A stretch of 64,000 nt of DNA from a virus (taxonomy: Duplodnaviria > Caudoviricetes). Each line of letters starts with the position of its first letter. The stretch's first letter is position 1. The notes beneath the pieces are model-generated. The model worked only from the letters and a program-made list of their open reading frames with translations, was not told the DNA's origin and made no database searches. The DNA lies in the IMG/VR virus record IMGVR_UViG_3300020366_000001, positions 96,001 to 160,000 of that record, one strand, 5' to 3'. Positions 54,487 to 64,000 of the stretch are shown in pieces. Both the position numbers and the translations under genes were made by a program.

Positions 54487-55310
54487 TAGAATGCCTTGAT
54501 GATATAAACTGCAGTCTGATATGGAACCGTGGTAGTAAACGCAGCGTTACCAAGGTTTGGATTATTATTTATCGTCACATTACTAGTACTTGGCGAGAAT
54601 TCTAAAGTTTGAGATCCCGATTTCAAATTGTGAGGCATAACCTGATACGTAATAGCGTCGTGTTTATGCGATCCAGGTTCTCTCTGCATTCTATTAGATT
54701 CATCAGAGTTTGAAGTGCCCGCAAGGTTTACACGTGAAGTTCCAGATAGTCCTTGAGAGATTCTAAGAGTAGGACCAGGACCGCCTTGTTCAGCGTCATC
54801 ATTACCATTATATGCAATACTATTAGCGTTTTGAACTTTCCACCGAGCGCCTTGGAATAAGTGGTTATGCTTAGGCAAGTTTTCAAAGGACATCACACGA
54901 GGTTGAACCTTTGCTTGCTTTTGGTAAATAGATCCACCTGCTGCAGAACCTGATACAGCTGATGAAGCAACCGTAACAGTTCTGTTGGGATACGAAACAA
55001 TATTCCAATCTGCATTAACAATAGTGGTAACTGAAGTTCCTCCACCAGTAGCAGAGGAATATGCACTACCCTTACCATAAAGAACTTTGCCAGTATTATT
55101 AAGATTGGGTAGTTGAAACGTTCCACTAGCCTCAGATCCACCATAAGTGTATCCAATAGCTTCTTTCAATGCAGGATAATCGTCTTCATCCTGCGTGGAT
55201 CCATCACACGCTAACCATCCTATAGGACATTCATTGGCAGCACCAGTCCACGCCATAATTGTGCCGATAGCGGCATTTTTGAATCCACGAATTTCGTGTA
55301 GTGTTTTCAT
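54486..55310 (-). CDS. Tail collar-domain protein (274 aa)
   Basis: IGTIMAW...PIGWLACDG...YPAL..AIG.TYGG...FQLPNL; C-terminal PYQTAVYIIKA. Confidence 0.9.
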   Translation of the reverse strand: MKTLHEIRGFKNAAIGTIMAWTGAANECPIGWLACDGSTQDEDDYPALKEAIGYTYGGSEASGTFQLPNLNNTGKVLYGKGSAYSSATGGGTSVTTIVNADWNIVSYPNRTVTVASSAVSGSAAGGSIYQKQAKVQPRVMSFENLPKHNHLFQGARWKVQNANSIAYNGNDDAEQGGPGPTLRISQGLSGTSRVNLAGTSNSDESNRMQREPGSHKHDAITYQVMPHNLKSGSQTLEFSPSTSNVTINNNPNLGNAAFTTTVPYQTAVYIIKAF

Positions 55311-58300
55311 CAGAGTTCAATTAAACGCCAACCCATTGCCGAGTTAATAAACACAAGTCCTAATCCTGCGCCAGGAGTTTGAATAACCATCTTACCTTCA
55401 TCGTCACCTTGAATAGGAACGATATCAGCAGCACTTTGATTAGTTTGAATTAGAACCGCTTTATTATATGTCAAGGTATCTGTAGTATCTATAATTCTAA
55501 TCTGATCTCCTTTTTGAGCAGATGGTAAAGTTAACGCAAGTTGCGCACCACTGAATGAAGTCACATAATAATTAGTGTTCGCAGCCAAAGTAGTTGCAGT
55601 ACTCACTTCTTCCCACTTAGCGCCACCAGTTGCGGTAAAGTATCCAGTAATAGGTCCAACATCAATAGATCCAGCACTATTAACCTTAAATCTGTTAGTG
55701 CCACCATCATTAACATCTAAGGTACCGCCTTCAAATTCGGCGTTACCATCCATCACAATGTTACCAGTGCCGTAGATGTTACCACTAATACCAGCACCAC
55801 CATCAACAATCAAAGCACCAGTAGTAGCGCTAGAAGCATTAGTAGTACTGTGAACTCTCAGAGTGCCAGTATTGTCAGTATTATTACCAACAACAGTATT
55901 GCCATTAGAAGAATCAATGCTGAAGACGGTATCATCATTGATGTGAGTCTTCTTAACGCTAAAGTTATTGCCAAGTGTAGTTTCTCCATCAGATGCAATT
56001 CTGATGCGAGGATTAGTATCACTACCATCTAAGATGAAGGAAGTTTCACCAGTACCAATGATCTTGATTCTCTCAGTAGTCTGATTAGTAATTCTAAATT
56101 GTTGAGACGCAGAAATCTCAACTCTAGTAGATCCATTAACAGAGAGGGCATATCCAGTTTCAGGAGTTGCCAGACCAATAGAAGTATTACCGCTAGCATC
56201 TTGCTGTAAACCGCCACTAGAGTTACCAAGACGGAAAGATCCATCAGATTTAACAACTAACTTTGCGGTAGAAGTATCTGAGAAGTGATCATTAGAGTAG
56301 TTTGCATCACCAACAACAAAGTTTTGACCTTGATAGGTAACATAGTTGGCTGATGCAGCATCATCATTCTGACTAATGTCAGCACGAAGGTTGCCAGAAC
56401 CAGTACCATCATCTTTCTGGAACATCTTAATGTTACCACCACGGACGTACAGATCCTTAGTAACAGTTAAATCACCAACCAGTTCGTGAGAACCATTGCT
56501 CAAAGCAGTCAGAGTGCCGTCAATAGTCAGGTCACCGCTAGATTGACCACCACCAACAGATTCAACAGGAGCACTACCAATAGTACCGCCTCTAACAACA
56601 ACGTCGCCACCAACCCAAAGACCATTAGTGTTCTGAACTGCAGTGACATCACCTGTGTTGATAGAAACTCTACCCAGACCATCACCATCATCGTCATAAA
56701 CACGGAATGTGTGCTGACCAGCAGGGTTAGTATTGTCACCACCAACCCACAGAGACTTATGGAAAATACCAGAACCCTCAACGTCCAGAGTCTGCTGAGG
56801 AATTACACTAGCGTTAGTAGTACGGGTATTCTTCAGGTTAATACCCAGACGCATATCAGATCCACCAGTAGAGTTGGAAGATCCAGTACCAGTAGTGTAG
56901 GTGGTCAGTGCATCAGCACCAATTACACCCCATTCTCTCCATCCATAATCTGGAGTTTCACCTGATTGGAATCCACCAATCTGACACCAGATCCAACCAA
57001 CAGCAGTGTTGTAGTTGATGCTAGAAATTCTATGTGCTTCACCAACAGTCTCAGTACCACGCAGAGTAATAGTACCCTCACGCTTAAATGTTTCACTACT
57101 AGGAACATTCTTGCCCTTAGTAGACTTAATCTCATAAGTAAGACCACTAGTGCTTCTAGGATTAACCTCCCAAACAGCAAACTGAATAGTGTTTGGTTTC
57201 AGCGGGGGGTGAATATTGATATCAGTGTCAACTAGACCCGAATCAACGCTAGAACTAGTAACGTTACCAACTGACTTGATTGTAATAGATGCGGGATCAT
57301 TCAGATCATTTGAATATTCATCATCCACCTCAACCGTAATAGGGGTGGAGAAGAATGTACCGTCAGGAGCAGAAACTTCAAAACTGGTATTCAGATCAAA
57401 TTTGACTTTGTTCTGTACAGTCAGAGTATCGATTGTGAGGTCAGTGGTATTTTCCTCTTCATCAACGTTCTCACCAGCAACACGCAGGATAGAATCATCG
57501 ATCTTAGTCTCTTCACCAGAGATAGCGTTGATACGCTGGTTACCCACGAACAGGTCACCGTTAGCGTTCAGACCAGAGTAGAAGACCACACCGCCGTCTT
57601 GACGCTTCGCCTGAGAGAACAGGACTTCATCGTCAGAGAGCACATACTCCTGTCTAGAGGGGAATGCGGTGGAGTAGTTACCAGGACCGAAACCAGTGTA
57701 TTCAAAGGTGTGGTTACCAGATCGTGCCTGAGAAGGACGACGAAGTTCCACATAAAGTCTGCGGTCAGCAACAGCATTACTGCTACCTTCAACGCCAATC
57801 AAACGATCTTCACGTGAAGCAACTGCCTTACCATCCATTGCTGCCAGAGTAACAGTAGAATCTCTGCCAACATTTGACATAAGATTTTCAACTGCTTCTC
57901 TAGTAACGCTATTCTTATTGTCATTGGTCTCCACAAGACCGTGGACATAGTTGTCAGCAACAGAGATAGTTGCAGGAGCATCTAGAATTGTACTGCCATC
58001 TCCATCAGGGTCAAACCACAGAGGATCATCAGCAAACAGTTCAGGATACAGTTTTTCAGTTGGGTGACCAAACTTAAAGGTGTTGAATTCAGTAACCGAT
58101 GGAGAGAAGTCACCACGCAAGCAAGTCAGATAGTAGATACCATCCTGCTGGTTATAGATTCTACGACGCAAAGTCTTAGATCTATACACATAATAGGTAT
58201 TATCAATCTCCTCAACATCCTCAACACTAACAATCTTATAGTCTTTCTGGTTGCCATCTGCCTCATCACGGACAAAATCACCAGGAGTTAGGGTGTAGAC

Positions 58301-61300
58301 AGGAGCATTACGAATGACATACTGTTTACCCAAATCTTGCGCATAGTCTTTAAAGTTGTCACGACCACCGTTAGGTTCCTCGTCAAGAATACCAGTAGAA
58401 CCACCGCTAGCAAGAATAGTTTGATTATTAGCATCATACTTCAAATACTGCAGCAGAGAGAAATCACCCTTAAGAATCAAACGAGTAATACCACCCTCAA
58501 CATATGCCTTATGTACAACAGGCAGACTAGAACTAATAGCAGTGCTCTCAGAATGACCAGACCAAGCAACAGTCAGACCCTCTTGGAATGCACCACCAGT
58601 GACACTATTCAGTTTAACTTCTGTCAGAATAGTACCAGAGGGAATTGCAGTACCAGAAGCAATATCAGTATTAATTGTATGGTTAAAGCAAGTTAACTCA
58701 ACACGGTTGATAGCATTTACTTGCTTCTCTCTAGCAGACTCAATGGTAAATCTAATACCAGAATCAGTAACCAGAGATTTAAGGTTGCCAGTAATATATG
58801 GATCATAATTGAAATCATTCTGGATCTCAAGTTTATTGCTATTCTGATCAACAGTAGCACTTGAACCATAGAAGACAGGCATATCAGTAGTGCCGTCTAC
58901 TGCCTCAAGAATGATCTTCTGAGGTCTTAGTCTTCTATTCTCGTCAGTACGCTGCTTAATGACATAACCGAGCAGCGGCTCTCTGACGTTGTTAATTTCC
59001 TTTGGAATGACGTATCTGAGACGATAGATACGATCATCTTCCCTACGTCTATCGTTGATTCGCTTGAGGTAGGTGTTTGCTGTTGTGATTGTTTCTTCAT
59101 TGACATAAACATCCAGGTTAGAAACGCGATCATAGATCTGGTTTGGTTTTTGAGTGGTGTTGATAACATTCAAGTACCACAGACCATTACGACCAGGAGA
59201 TGTAGTCATCTCAGGATCATATCTCAGCGGGTGTCTGGTATTACAGGAATACACATAAACTTCATCTTGTCCTGCTTGTCCAACAGTACCAGAAGAAGTA
59301 ATACTATGAGGAACACCACCGCCAGAAGTTGCTAATGCAGCAGTTGTTGCAACTTTGAATTTGTTGATATTGCCACCTGTATTGTCATAGATGACATAAT
59401 ACATTTTATTGGCGTCTAAACCGCCAGGAATCGCAGAACCTGTTTTGGCACGGAAGAAAACAGCGGTTGCAGTTTTAGTAGCAAAACCTTTGTCAAAACC
59501 GTGAGGTGCTTCCAGAGTAAACTCATTGGTAGCAGGATCTGCAGCAGTAATCTTATACTTAAATGGTGTCGGATTAACATCGAAGATGTACTGAACCATC
59601 TCGATCTCAACACCACTATTAAGTGCTTCTGGCACGTAAATAGCGTTACCAGCAGCGGCATCATCGACGGATGCTGCTAACAGGAACGTAGACAGATCTT
59701 CAGTTGCAAAAGTAACTGAAGGAGGAACTGGTGCAGTATGACGACCAGGAGCAATAATATAATAAACTGTATTCGGACTTAAACCCTTAGGCAGACGAAT
59801 CAATTCATTAGAGACAGCACTATTTGTCTTCTTCGGAACCAATCGAACTGGGGTTCCTGTATAGAGACCGTGTGCCTCATTACAGGTAAAGATTGTAGAA
59901 CGATAAGTAATTGTCTCATTCTGAGCATTTTGCACAGACTGAGTTGCAGGAGTGATTGTAGTAACTCGGAAAGTATCAAAACCTGAAGGGAAAAGACTTG
60001 CACTCTGCTCTTGAGGACCAGATTCACCTGCTTGGAGATTAGCTTCCAATTTGGCGAAGATTTTATCTTCACGCTTACCACCGACCTTATAGTCTTGAAT
60101 AATATAAGTCGGAGTGTTGTCAGGATCGGAAACCTCTTCAGGTTCGCCAGCAAGATAGATTTTATTTTGACCAGAAGGTTCTTTAGTTGCAAGAACGTCA
60201 ATACCGTAATACGGAGGTTGAGTATTATCTTCTAAATCAATTTTCTGAGGAGGAATAATGTCGGTGACATATCCTTGCTTATCTTGGAAGAAAGCAAATC
60301 CCTTAAATCCGATAGCATCCAGAGCGGTGTTACCGAAGTTGGAGTTAGAGTTGGTGATAGAGATGTCAGCACCAGACTCAATCAGGAAGTGATCTGCGAA
60401 ACCCACAGCGAAGATCGACACCGCCTGAATGAATGCATCATTCGACAGACGGACGTGAGCATTACGCCAGGTGTTCTTAAAGTATGCTCTACCATCAGTG
60501 TGGTAGGGAGTAGTTGCAAACGAACCAGATGCCAGTTCTTCTGGATCAGTAACAGTGTTACCATCCCACGCAGAGTCAAACTGAGCAGTCTCTTCGTTGA
60601 ATTTAGTAAATGCACGGTCATCCTTCTGCAGTGACACACCCGTATACTGGGCGCACACCATAGATTTAAAACCAGTAACCTTAGATCCATCAGCGTGCAT
60701 ACCGCTGAGACCCCACACAGAGCGGATCGACAGGTTAAACATATACGGTGACGCAGAGTCAACCGTATCAATTTCTGCCTGAACAACAGCGTTTTCGTTC
60801 AGTCTGTTTGGTGGCAGAGATGCAGTAGTATAAGTAGTACCCGAGATTAATGAAGTGATATTCTCGTTTACTCTATAGAAGAATAATGTATTATCTGCAG
60901 GGTCAAGACGTGTAATCAAGAACGAACCGTGCAGATCACTGGTTAAACCAGTCTCGTCAATAGTGACGAATTGCCCCACAAAGTAACCGTGAGGTGCTTT
61001 AGTCTTAACACGAATCTCAGTAGCGTTTCCACCCAGTGTCTGAGGTGTGATAGACTCAATAATCTTTTTATCCGACAGAGGACCCACAATCCTGTTTTCC
61101 AGGTCAGTCTCTGTAATTGCACCGTCTACGTTGATGTCGGTAACAACGTTTTCGTATGCATCACCGATCTTGTCGTAATAGAGCTCAAGATCTTCAGCAT
61201 CAGCGAACTCAAAGTTCGTGATTTTGTGGTGAGAGAAAGTGGGATTCGCTTTATTACCAGTGCTGTCAAAATATACTTTCTGCTTACCATCAAACAGAGA

Positions 61301-61804
61301 GAATTGCCAGAAATAGCAACCACCAGTAACGTTAAAGATAGAAGTGGTAGGAACACTGCTATCAGTAGGGTTAGGCACATACAAAGGACGAACTTTCGTC
61401 TTTCTGAGGTCCATACCCACCAAGGAGGTACCTCTAGGGACGATAACACCACCAGTTGTAGAGTTAAACTTGTAAAGATCGTTCTGAGAGTTACCCAGAT
61501 CGAAGTTTACATTAGTGCTGAAGTCAGTAATCTCACCGACAGTAGCAACACCAGGACGGTTATCCACATAGTGATCACCAGGAGACAGAACCACCGTGAA
61601 TTCATCAAAGCGGTCATTGTCAGGACCAGACTTATAAGAGAATCGCGAAACTTCCAAGAAAGCACGCTGAATCGTCTTAAAAGGTCTAGTTGGGGAGTTA
61701 CCCCTATTGTTTACATCATCTGATGCATTAAAATCATCAGGAGAAACATAGACAAAACGTCCAGTTTTACTGGAAATTAAATTCTCTAGTCTAGTGAGTG
61801 CCAT
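55310..61804 (-). CDS. Large cyanophage structural/tail fibre protein (2164 aa)
   Basis: MALTRLEN...YVSP.DF.A.D...RPFKTIQRA N-terminus; SGNHTFEY.GFGPGNYSTA.P; LTLP...GD.I.IID C-terminus. Confidence 0.85.
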   Translation of the reverse strand: MALTRLENLISSKTGRFVYVSPDDFNASDDVNNRGNSPTRPFKTIQRAFLEVSRFSYKSGPDNDRFDEFTVVLSPGDHYVDNRPGVATVGEITDFSTNVNFDLGNSQNDLYKFNSTTGGVIVPRGTSLVGMDLRKTKVRPLYVPNPTDSSVPTTSIFNVTGGCYFWQFSLFDGKQKVYFDSTGNKANPTFSHHKITNFEFADAEDLELYYDKIGDAYENVVTDINVDGAITETDLENRIVGPLSDKKIIESITPQTLGGNATEIRVKTKAPHGYFVGQFVTIDETGLTSDLHGSFLITRLDPADNTLFFYRVNENITSLISGTTYTTASLPPNRLNENAVVQAEIDTVDSASPYMFNLSIRSVWGLSGMHADGSKVTGFKSMVCAQYTGVSLQKDDRAFTKFNEETAQFDSAWDGNTVTDPEELASGSFATTPYHTDGRAYFKNTWRNAHVRLSNDAFIQAVSIFAVGFADHFLIESGADISITNSNSNFGNTALDAIGFKGFAFFQDKQGYVTDIIPPQKIDLEDNTQPPYYGIDVLATKEPSGQNKIYLAGEPEEVSDPDNTPTYIIQDYKVGGKREDKIFAKLEANLQAGESGPQEQSASLFPSGFDTFRVTTITPATQSVQNAQNETITYRSTIFTCNEAHGLYTGTPVRLVPKKTNSAVSNELIRLPKGLSPNTVYYIIAPGRHTAPVPPSVTFATEDLSTFLLAASVDDAAAGNAIYVPEALNSGVEIEMVQYIFDVNPTPFKYKITAADPATNEFTLEAPHGFDKGFATKTATAVFFRAKTGSAIPGGLDANKMYYVIYDNTGGNINKFKVATTAALATSGGGVPHSITSSGTVGQAGQDEVYVYSCNTRHPLRYDPEMTTSPGRNGLWYLNVINTTQKPNQIYDRVSNLDVYVNEETITTANTYLKRINDRRREDDRIYRLRYVIPKEINNVREPLLGYVIKQRTDENRRLRPQKIILEAVDGTTDMPVFYGSSATVDQNSNKLEIQNDFNYDPYITGNLKSLVTDSGIRFTIESAREKQVNAINRVELTCFNHTINTDIASGTAIPSGTILTEVKLNSVTGGAFQEGLTVAWSGHSESTAISSSLPVVHKAYVEGGITRLILKGDFSLLQYLKYDANNQTILASGGSTGILDEEPNGGRDNFKDYAQDLGKQYVIRNAPVYTLTPGDFVRDEADGNQKDYKIVSVEDVEEIDNTYYVYRSKTLRRRIYNQQDGIYYLTCLRGDFSPSVTEFNTFKFGHPTEKLYPELFADDPLWFDPDGDGSTILDAPATISVADNYVHGLVETNDNKNSVTREAVENLMSNVGRDSTVTLAAMDGKAVASREDRLIGVEGSSNAVADRRLYVELRRPSQARSGNHTFEYTGFGPGNYSTAFPSRQEYVLSDDEVLFSQAKRQDGGVVFYSGLNANGDLFVGNQRINAISGEETKIDDSILRVAGENVDEEENTTDLTIDTLTVQNKVKFDLNTSFEVSAPDGTFFSTPITVEVDDEYSNDLNDPASITIKSVGNVTSSSVDSGLVDTDINIHPPLKPNTIQFAVWEVNPRSTSGLTYEIKSTKGKNVPSSETFKREGTITLRGTETVGEAHRISSINYNTAVGWIWCQIGGFQSGETPDYGWREWGVIGADALTTYTTGTGSSNSTGGSDMRLGINLKNTRTTNASVIPQQTLDVEGSGIFHKSLWVGGDNTNPAGQHTFRVYDDDGDGLGRVSINTGDVTAVQNTNGLWVGGDVVVRGGTIGSAPVESVGGGQSSGDLTIDGTLTALSNGSHELVGDLTVTKDLYVRGGNIKMFQKDDGTGSGNLRADISQNDDAASANYVTYQGQNFVVGDANYSNDHFSDTSTAKLVVKSDGSFRLGNSSGGLQQDASGNTSIGLATPETGYALSVNGSTRVEISASQQFRITNQTTERIKIIGTGETSFILDGSDTNPRIRIASDGETTLGNNFSVKKTHINDDTVFSIDSSNGNTVVGNNTDNTGTLRVHSTTNASSATTGALIVDGGAGISGNIYGTGNIVMDGNAEFEGGTLDVNDGGTNRFKVNSAGSIDVGPITGYFTATGGAKWEEVSTATTLAANTNYYVTSFSGAQLALTLPSAQKGDQIRIIDTTDTLTYNKAVLIQTNQSAADIVPIQGDDEGKMVIQTPGAGLGLVFINSAMGWRLIEL

Positions 61805-61838
61805 TACTCAAATATTATGTGGTGGATATCCCTTTCGG

Positions 61839-61845
61839 TATTTAT
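61839..61845 (-). promoter_or_regulatory. T4-type late promoter ATAAATA
   Basis: 35 nt upstream of the 61804 start. Confidence 0.65.
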
Positions 61846-61982
61846 GCTATATCATTTGCCTGGTGGTCAAACTCAATCACGATTTTCCTGTGTTGAGATT
61901 TTTTGTCGCAACAGGTGATATATTGTACTTCAGCATCTAACAACTCACCAACCTTCTCTAGGAGATTTTTGGCGATATTCAT
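61842..61982 (-). CDS. Small hypothetical protein (46 aa)
   Basis: MNIAKNLLEKVGELLDAEVQY...KIVIEF; start re-called. Confidence 0.65.
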   Translation of the reverse strand: MNIAKNLLEKVGELLDAEVQYITCCDKKSQHRKIVIEFDHQANDIA

Positions 61983-61983
61983 A

Positions 61984-62298
61984 TTAGTCACGCTGACGCC
62001 AGTCGTCGGGTTTGTCTCGTCCGAACCATTCGTTGATGTCATCTGCTCCGTCAAATCCTGTTTTATAATTAGATGGATCAGGATCACCTAATCCCATTTT
62101 ATTCAAAAAATCGTCAGTACTGCCCTCTTGAATATCTTGTGCAGCAGCACGACGTGCTTTATTTAACCAATCACGGGCGGTAGTATGTCTCTTAGCGAGT
62201 TTCTCTGCCCAAATCATATCCTCCAAGGGGACTTCTTCTTTTTGCGCAATACAGGCACAAATTGATTCTAATCGGAGTCGATAAGCAGTAGAGAGCAT
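61984..62298 (-). CDS. Conserved cyanophage/cyanobacterial hypothetical protein
   Basis: MLSTAYRLRLE...DMIWAEKLAK...DDFLN.MGLGDPDP...DWRQRD. Confidence 0.85.
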   Translation of the reverse strand: MLSTAYRLRLESICACIAQKEEVPLEDMIWAEKLAKRHTTARDWLNKARRAAAQDIQEGSTDDFLNKMGLGDPDPSNYKTGFDGADDINEWFGRDKPDDWRQRD

Positions 62299-62299
62299 A

Positions 62300-62491
62300 C
62301 TAGTCTCGGAGTTTTTCTTGTAGTTCGGTAACTCTGGTATATTCTGCTAAAGCACTTTCAGATCGATTTTGCAAAATACTGTCAATATCGTCTAAAATGA
62401 CTTCAGGGGCAACGTAGTCATCTAGGTATTTATCGATTGCTTCTTTAAGATACCTGTATCTATGCCACTCTTGCGAATATGGTTTGTACAT
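62300..62491 (-). CDS. Conserved hypothetical protein (63 aa)
   Basis: MYKPYSQEWHR.RYLKEAI..Y.DD. Confidence 0.75.
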   Translation of the reverse strand: MYKPYSQEWHRYRYLKEAIDKYLDDYVAPEVILDDIDSILQNRSESALAEYTRVTELQEKLRD

Positions 62492-62518
62492 TACAAAGTA
62501 GTCATTGTCGTAATTATA

Positions 62519-62710
62519 TCACTTTAGCAGATTTATGTCAATTCCCATAAATGGCGGAATAAGACCTATAGCACGGAAAAATCCGTCCATAAAAAGTGCT
62601 AAAAAGACGATGCCGAGCGCCATACTGATCATAGAGGCATTTCTGTTATGACGTGCCATCGCCTGGGCGATCGAATAATCGATCATTTCTTGAATTTCGT
62701 CCTTGGACAT
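62519..62710 (-). CDS. Conserved small membrane protein
   Basis: HNRNAS.IS...G...LA.F.DG..R..G.IPPF.GID; start re-called to MSKDE. Confidence 0.75.
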   Translation of the reverse strand: MSKDEIQEMIDYSIAQAMARHNRNASMISMALGIVFLALFMDGFFRAIGLIPPFMGIDINLLK

Positions 62711-62711
62711 C

Positions 62712-62876
62712 TCAGTAGCGGTATTCTTGTAAAATGTCAAGAATTTTGTTAAGCGCGTGATGAGCGCCTTCGTGCCAGTCTCCATTTTGCTCTTGGTGAG
62801 TGCCGTCGTAGAGTTCAGTTTTTAACTTCAAAACTCGGCATTTAATCTCATCGTGATTAACCATATTCCGAGGCAT
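62712..62876 (-). CDS. Conserved small protein (54 aa)
   Basis: Hand-translated MPRNMVNHDEIKCRVLKLKTELYDGTHQEQNGDWHEGAHHALNKILDILQEYRY. Confidence 0.75.
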   Translation of the reverse strand: MPRNMVNHDEIKCRVLKLKTELYDGTHQEQNGDWHEGAHHALNKILDILQEYRY

Positions 62877-62944
62877 AAGACATTACTTGTTCAATTATGT
62901 ATCATACTCAGTGATTTGTCATCCCTTTATTGCGAGATGAAAAC

Positions 62945-62971
62945 AAAAAAAGAGGGGAAAACCCCCTCTTT
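62945..62971 (-). terminator. Intrinsic terminator
   Basis: AGAGGGGG-TTTT-CCCCTCT followed by TTTTTT, right after the 62980 stop. Confidence 0.85.
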
Positions 62972-62979
62972 GGTATAAA

Positions 62980-63843
62980 TTAGAACCAATCCGAAGACCA
63001 CTCGTCCTGAGCGGAAGGACCGCCTTGTCCTTCGGGAGGACCACCAGGAGCACCACCATTGTTGATCGCCATATTGGGGTTGCCAGGAGCAGCACCAGGA
63101 CCAGGACCAGCAGTAGTGTCACCCAATTTCTCTTGTGCTTCTCGCTCACTAACAAGTTCAACGTTAAAAGAGAACGACAAACGCAGTTTACCTTCAGTAT
63201 TGACGGTAATATTAGGTTGTCTCTGAACCATATGTTCCATCTGAGAAGGGAAGATCAGAACATCGCCTTCTTCAGCGGTAAGAGTCATTTCTTCCTTATA
63301 GCACCCATAACCACACATATCAGGGTCATAGTAGTGCTTGTTAAAACGAGGAGATTCACAATAAGCCTTAAGAGGATTCATAAAGGTAGTTCCCTTATGA
63401 ACTGCAGGATCATACTGCAGATAATAAATGCCCGAAAGCGTTGAAGGCACGTGATTGTGAGGTTCTTGGTTTTGACCAGGACCGTATGCGTTAAACCATT
63501 GCTGCGCAATCAAGAAAGCGTGTGGATAAAATTCTGCTTGCTTAATAGCTTCTTGGATATTTTGAGACAAATCAGCGAGAAGTGCCTGAATATCAATTTC
63601 AGTCTCCTTCGTATGATCGAGCATAGACTCTTCAAAGAAGGTAGTAAAACAATCACAGTTCCAGCAAGCAGGACCATCCTCTACATTGCTGTTAGAACCG
63701 CTCTCAGCTCGATAACGCTCTTCGAGAATTGGTGCAAGAGTGGACTTCCACTTTTCGTGTGTTTGAAGTCTTCCACGATACACAAAAGTGGGGAAAACAG
63801 AAAATAGTCCGTATTGATCTTGCTTATTGGTTGGTTGTGCCAT
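62980..63843 (-). CDS. 2OG-Fe(II) oxygenase superfamily protein (HxH-type) with Gly/Pro-rich tail
   Basis: QEPHNH.PS.LSGIYY...LIFPSQMEHMV...RLSFSFN. Confidence 0.85.
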   Translation of the reverse strand: MAQPTNKQDQYGLFSVFPTFVYRGRLQTHEKWKSTLAPILEERYRAESGSNSNVEDGPACWNCDCFTTFFEESMLDHTKETEIDIQALLADLSQNIQEAIKQAEFYPHAFLIAQQWFNAYGPGQNQEPHNHVPSTLSGIYYLQYDPAVHKGTTFMNPLKAYCESPRFNKHYYDPDMCGYGCYKEEMTLTAEEGDVLIFPSQMEHMVQRQPNITVNTEGKLRLSFSFNVELVSEREAQEKLGDTTAGPGPGAAPGNPNMAINNGGAPGGPPEGQGGPSAQDEWSSDWF

Positions 63844-63867
63844 AACGACGTGTATAACGAAGCGTAG

Positions 63868-63874
63868 TATTTAT
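63868..63874 (-). promoter_or_regulatory. T4-type late promoter ATAAATA
   Basis: 25 nt upstream of the 63843 start. Confidence 0.55.
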
Positions 63875-63908
63875 TATAACAGTATATGGCGGTTTTTACA
63901 ACTGCCAA

Positions 63909-63993
63909 TAGGAGTGGGGGGACTTGAACCCCCACGACCTTAACGGTCAACAGATTTTAAGTCTGGTGTGTCTACCGATTCCACCACACTCCC
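63909..63993 (-). tRNA. trnL-UAA: tRNA-Leu (UAA)
   Basis: GGGAGTG/CACTCCT acceptor stem, D-loop GGAATCGGTAGAC, anticodon arm CAGA-CTTAAAA-TCTG, long variable arm, GGTTCAAGTCC T-loop; no encoded CCA. Confidence 0.95.
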
Positions 63994-64000
63994 GTGTCGC

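Noticed and set aside
28461-61723. Plus-strand ORFs up to 250 aa and Leu/Val-rich alternate-frame minus ORFs
   Set aside because: Antisense or frameshifted shadows of strongly codon-biased structural genes; no independent motifs.

Overview
64 kb of a T4-like marine cyanomyophage genome (Synechococcus/Prochlorococcus phage type), almost entirely coded on the minus strand. From left to right: (1) 1-16.5 kb is a late baseplate operon: a >3200-aa gp7 running off the left edge (absent from the ORF track), gp6, gp25, a PAAR spike tip and conserved cyanophage ORFs. (2) 16.7-28 kb is a hypervariable early region of about 40 mostly small ORFs. It is punctuated by at least 13 copies of a composite promoter element: a dyad GTG(G)ACA-N10-TG(T/G)C(C/A)(A/C), then 28-30 nt, then a -10 box. 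It also holds a non-coding cluster of DnaA-box 9-mers beside a T-rich repeat tract (20.94-21.13 kb), a PvuII-like orphan nuclease, an NblA-like ORF and a lysozyme. (3) 28-61.8 kb is a tail-fibre/adhesin region: two paralogous carrier+tip pairs, a 3229-aa subtilisin/YHYH/cupredoxin-like protein with nested domains, a fibre chaperone flanked by 2OG-Fe(II) oxygenases, three collar-domain proteins and a 2164-aa structural protein. (4) 61.8-64 kb has small conserved ORFs, another 2OG-Fe(II) oxygenase and tRNA-Leu(UAA). Most long plus-strand ORFs in the track are antisense shadows. All family assignments are by eye from motifs; no database searches were run.
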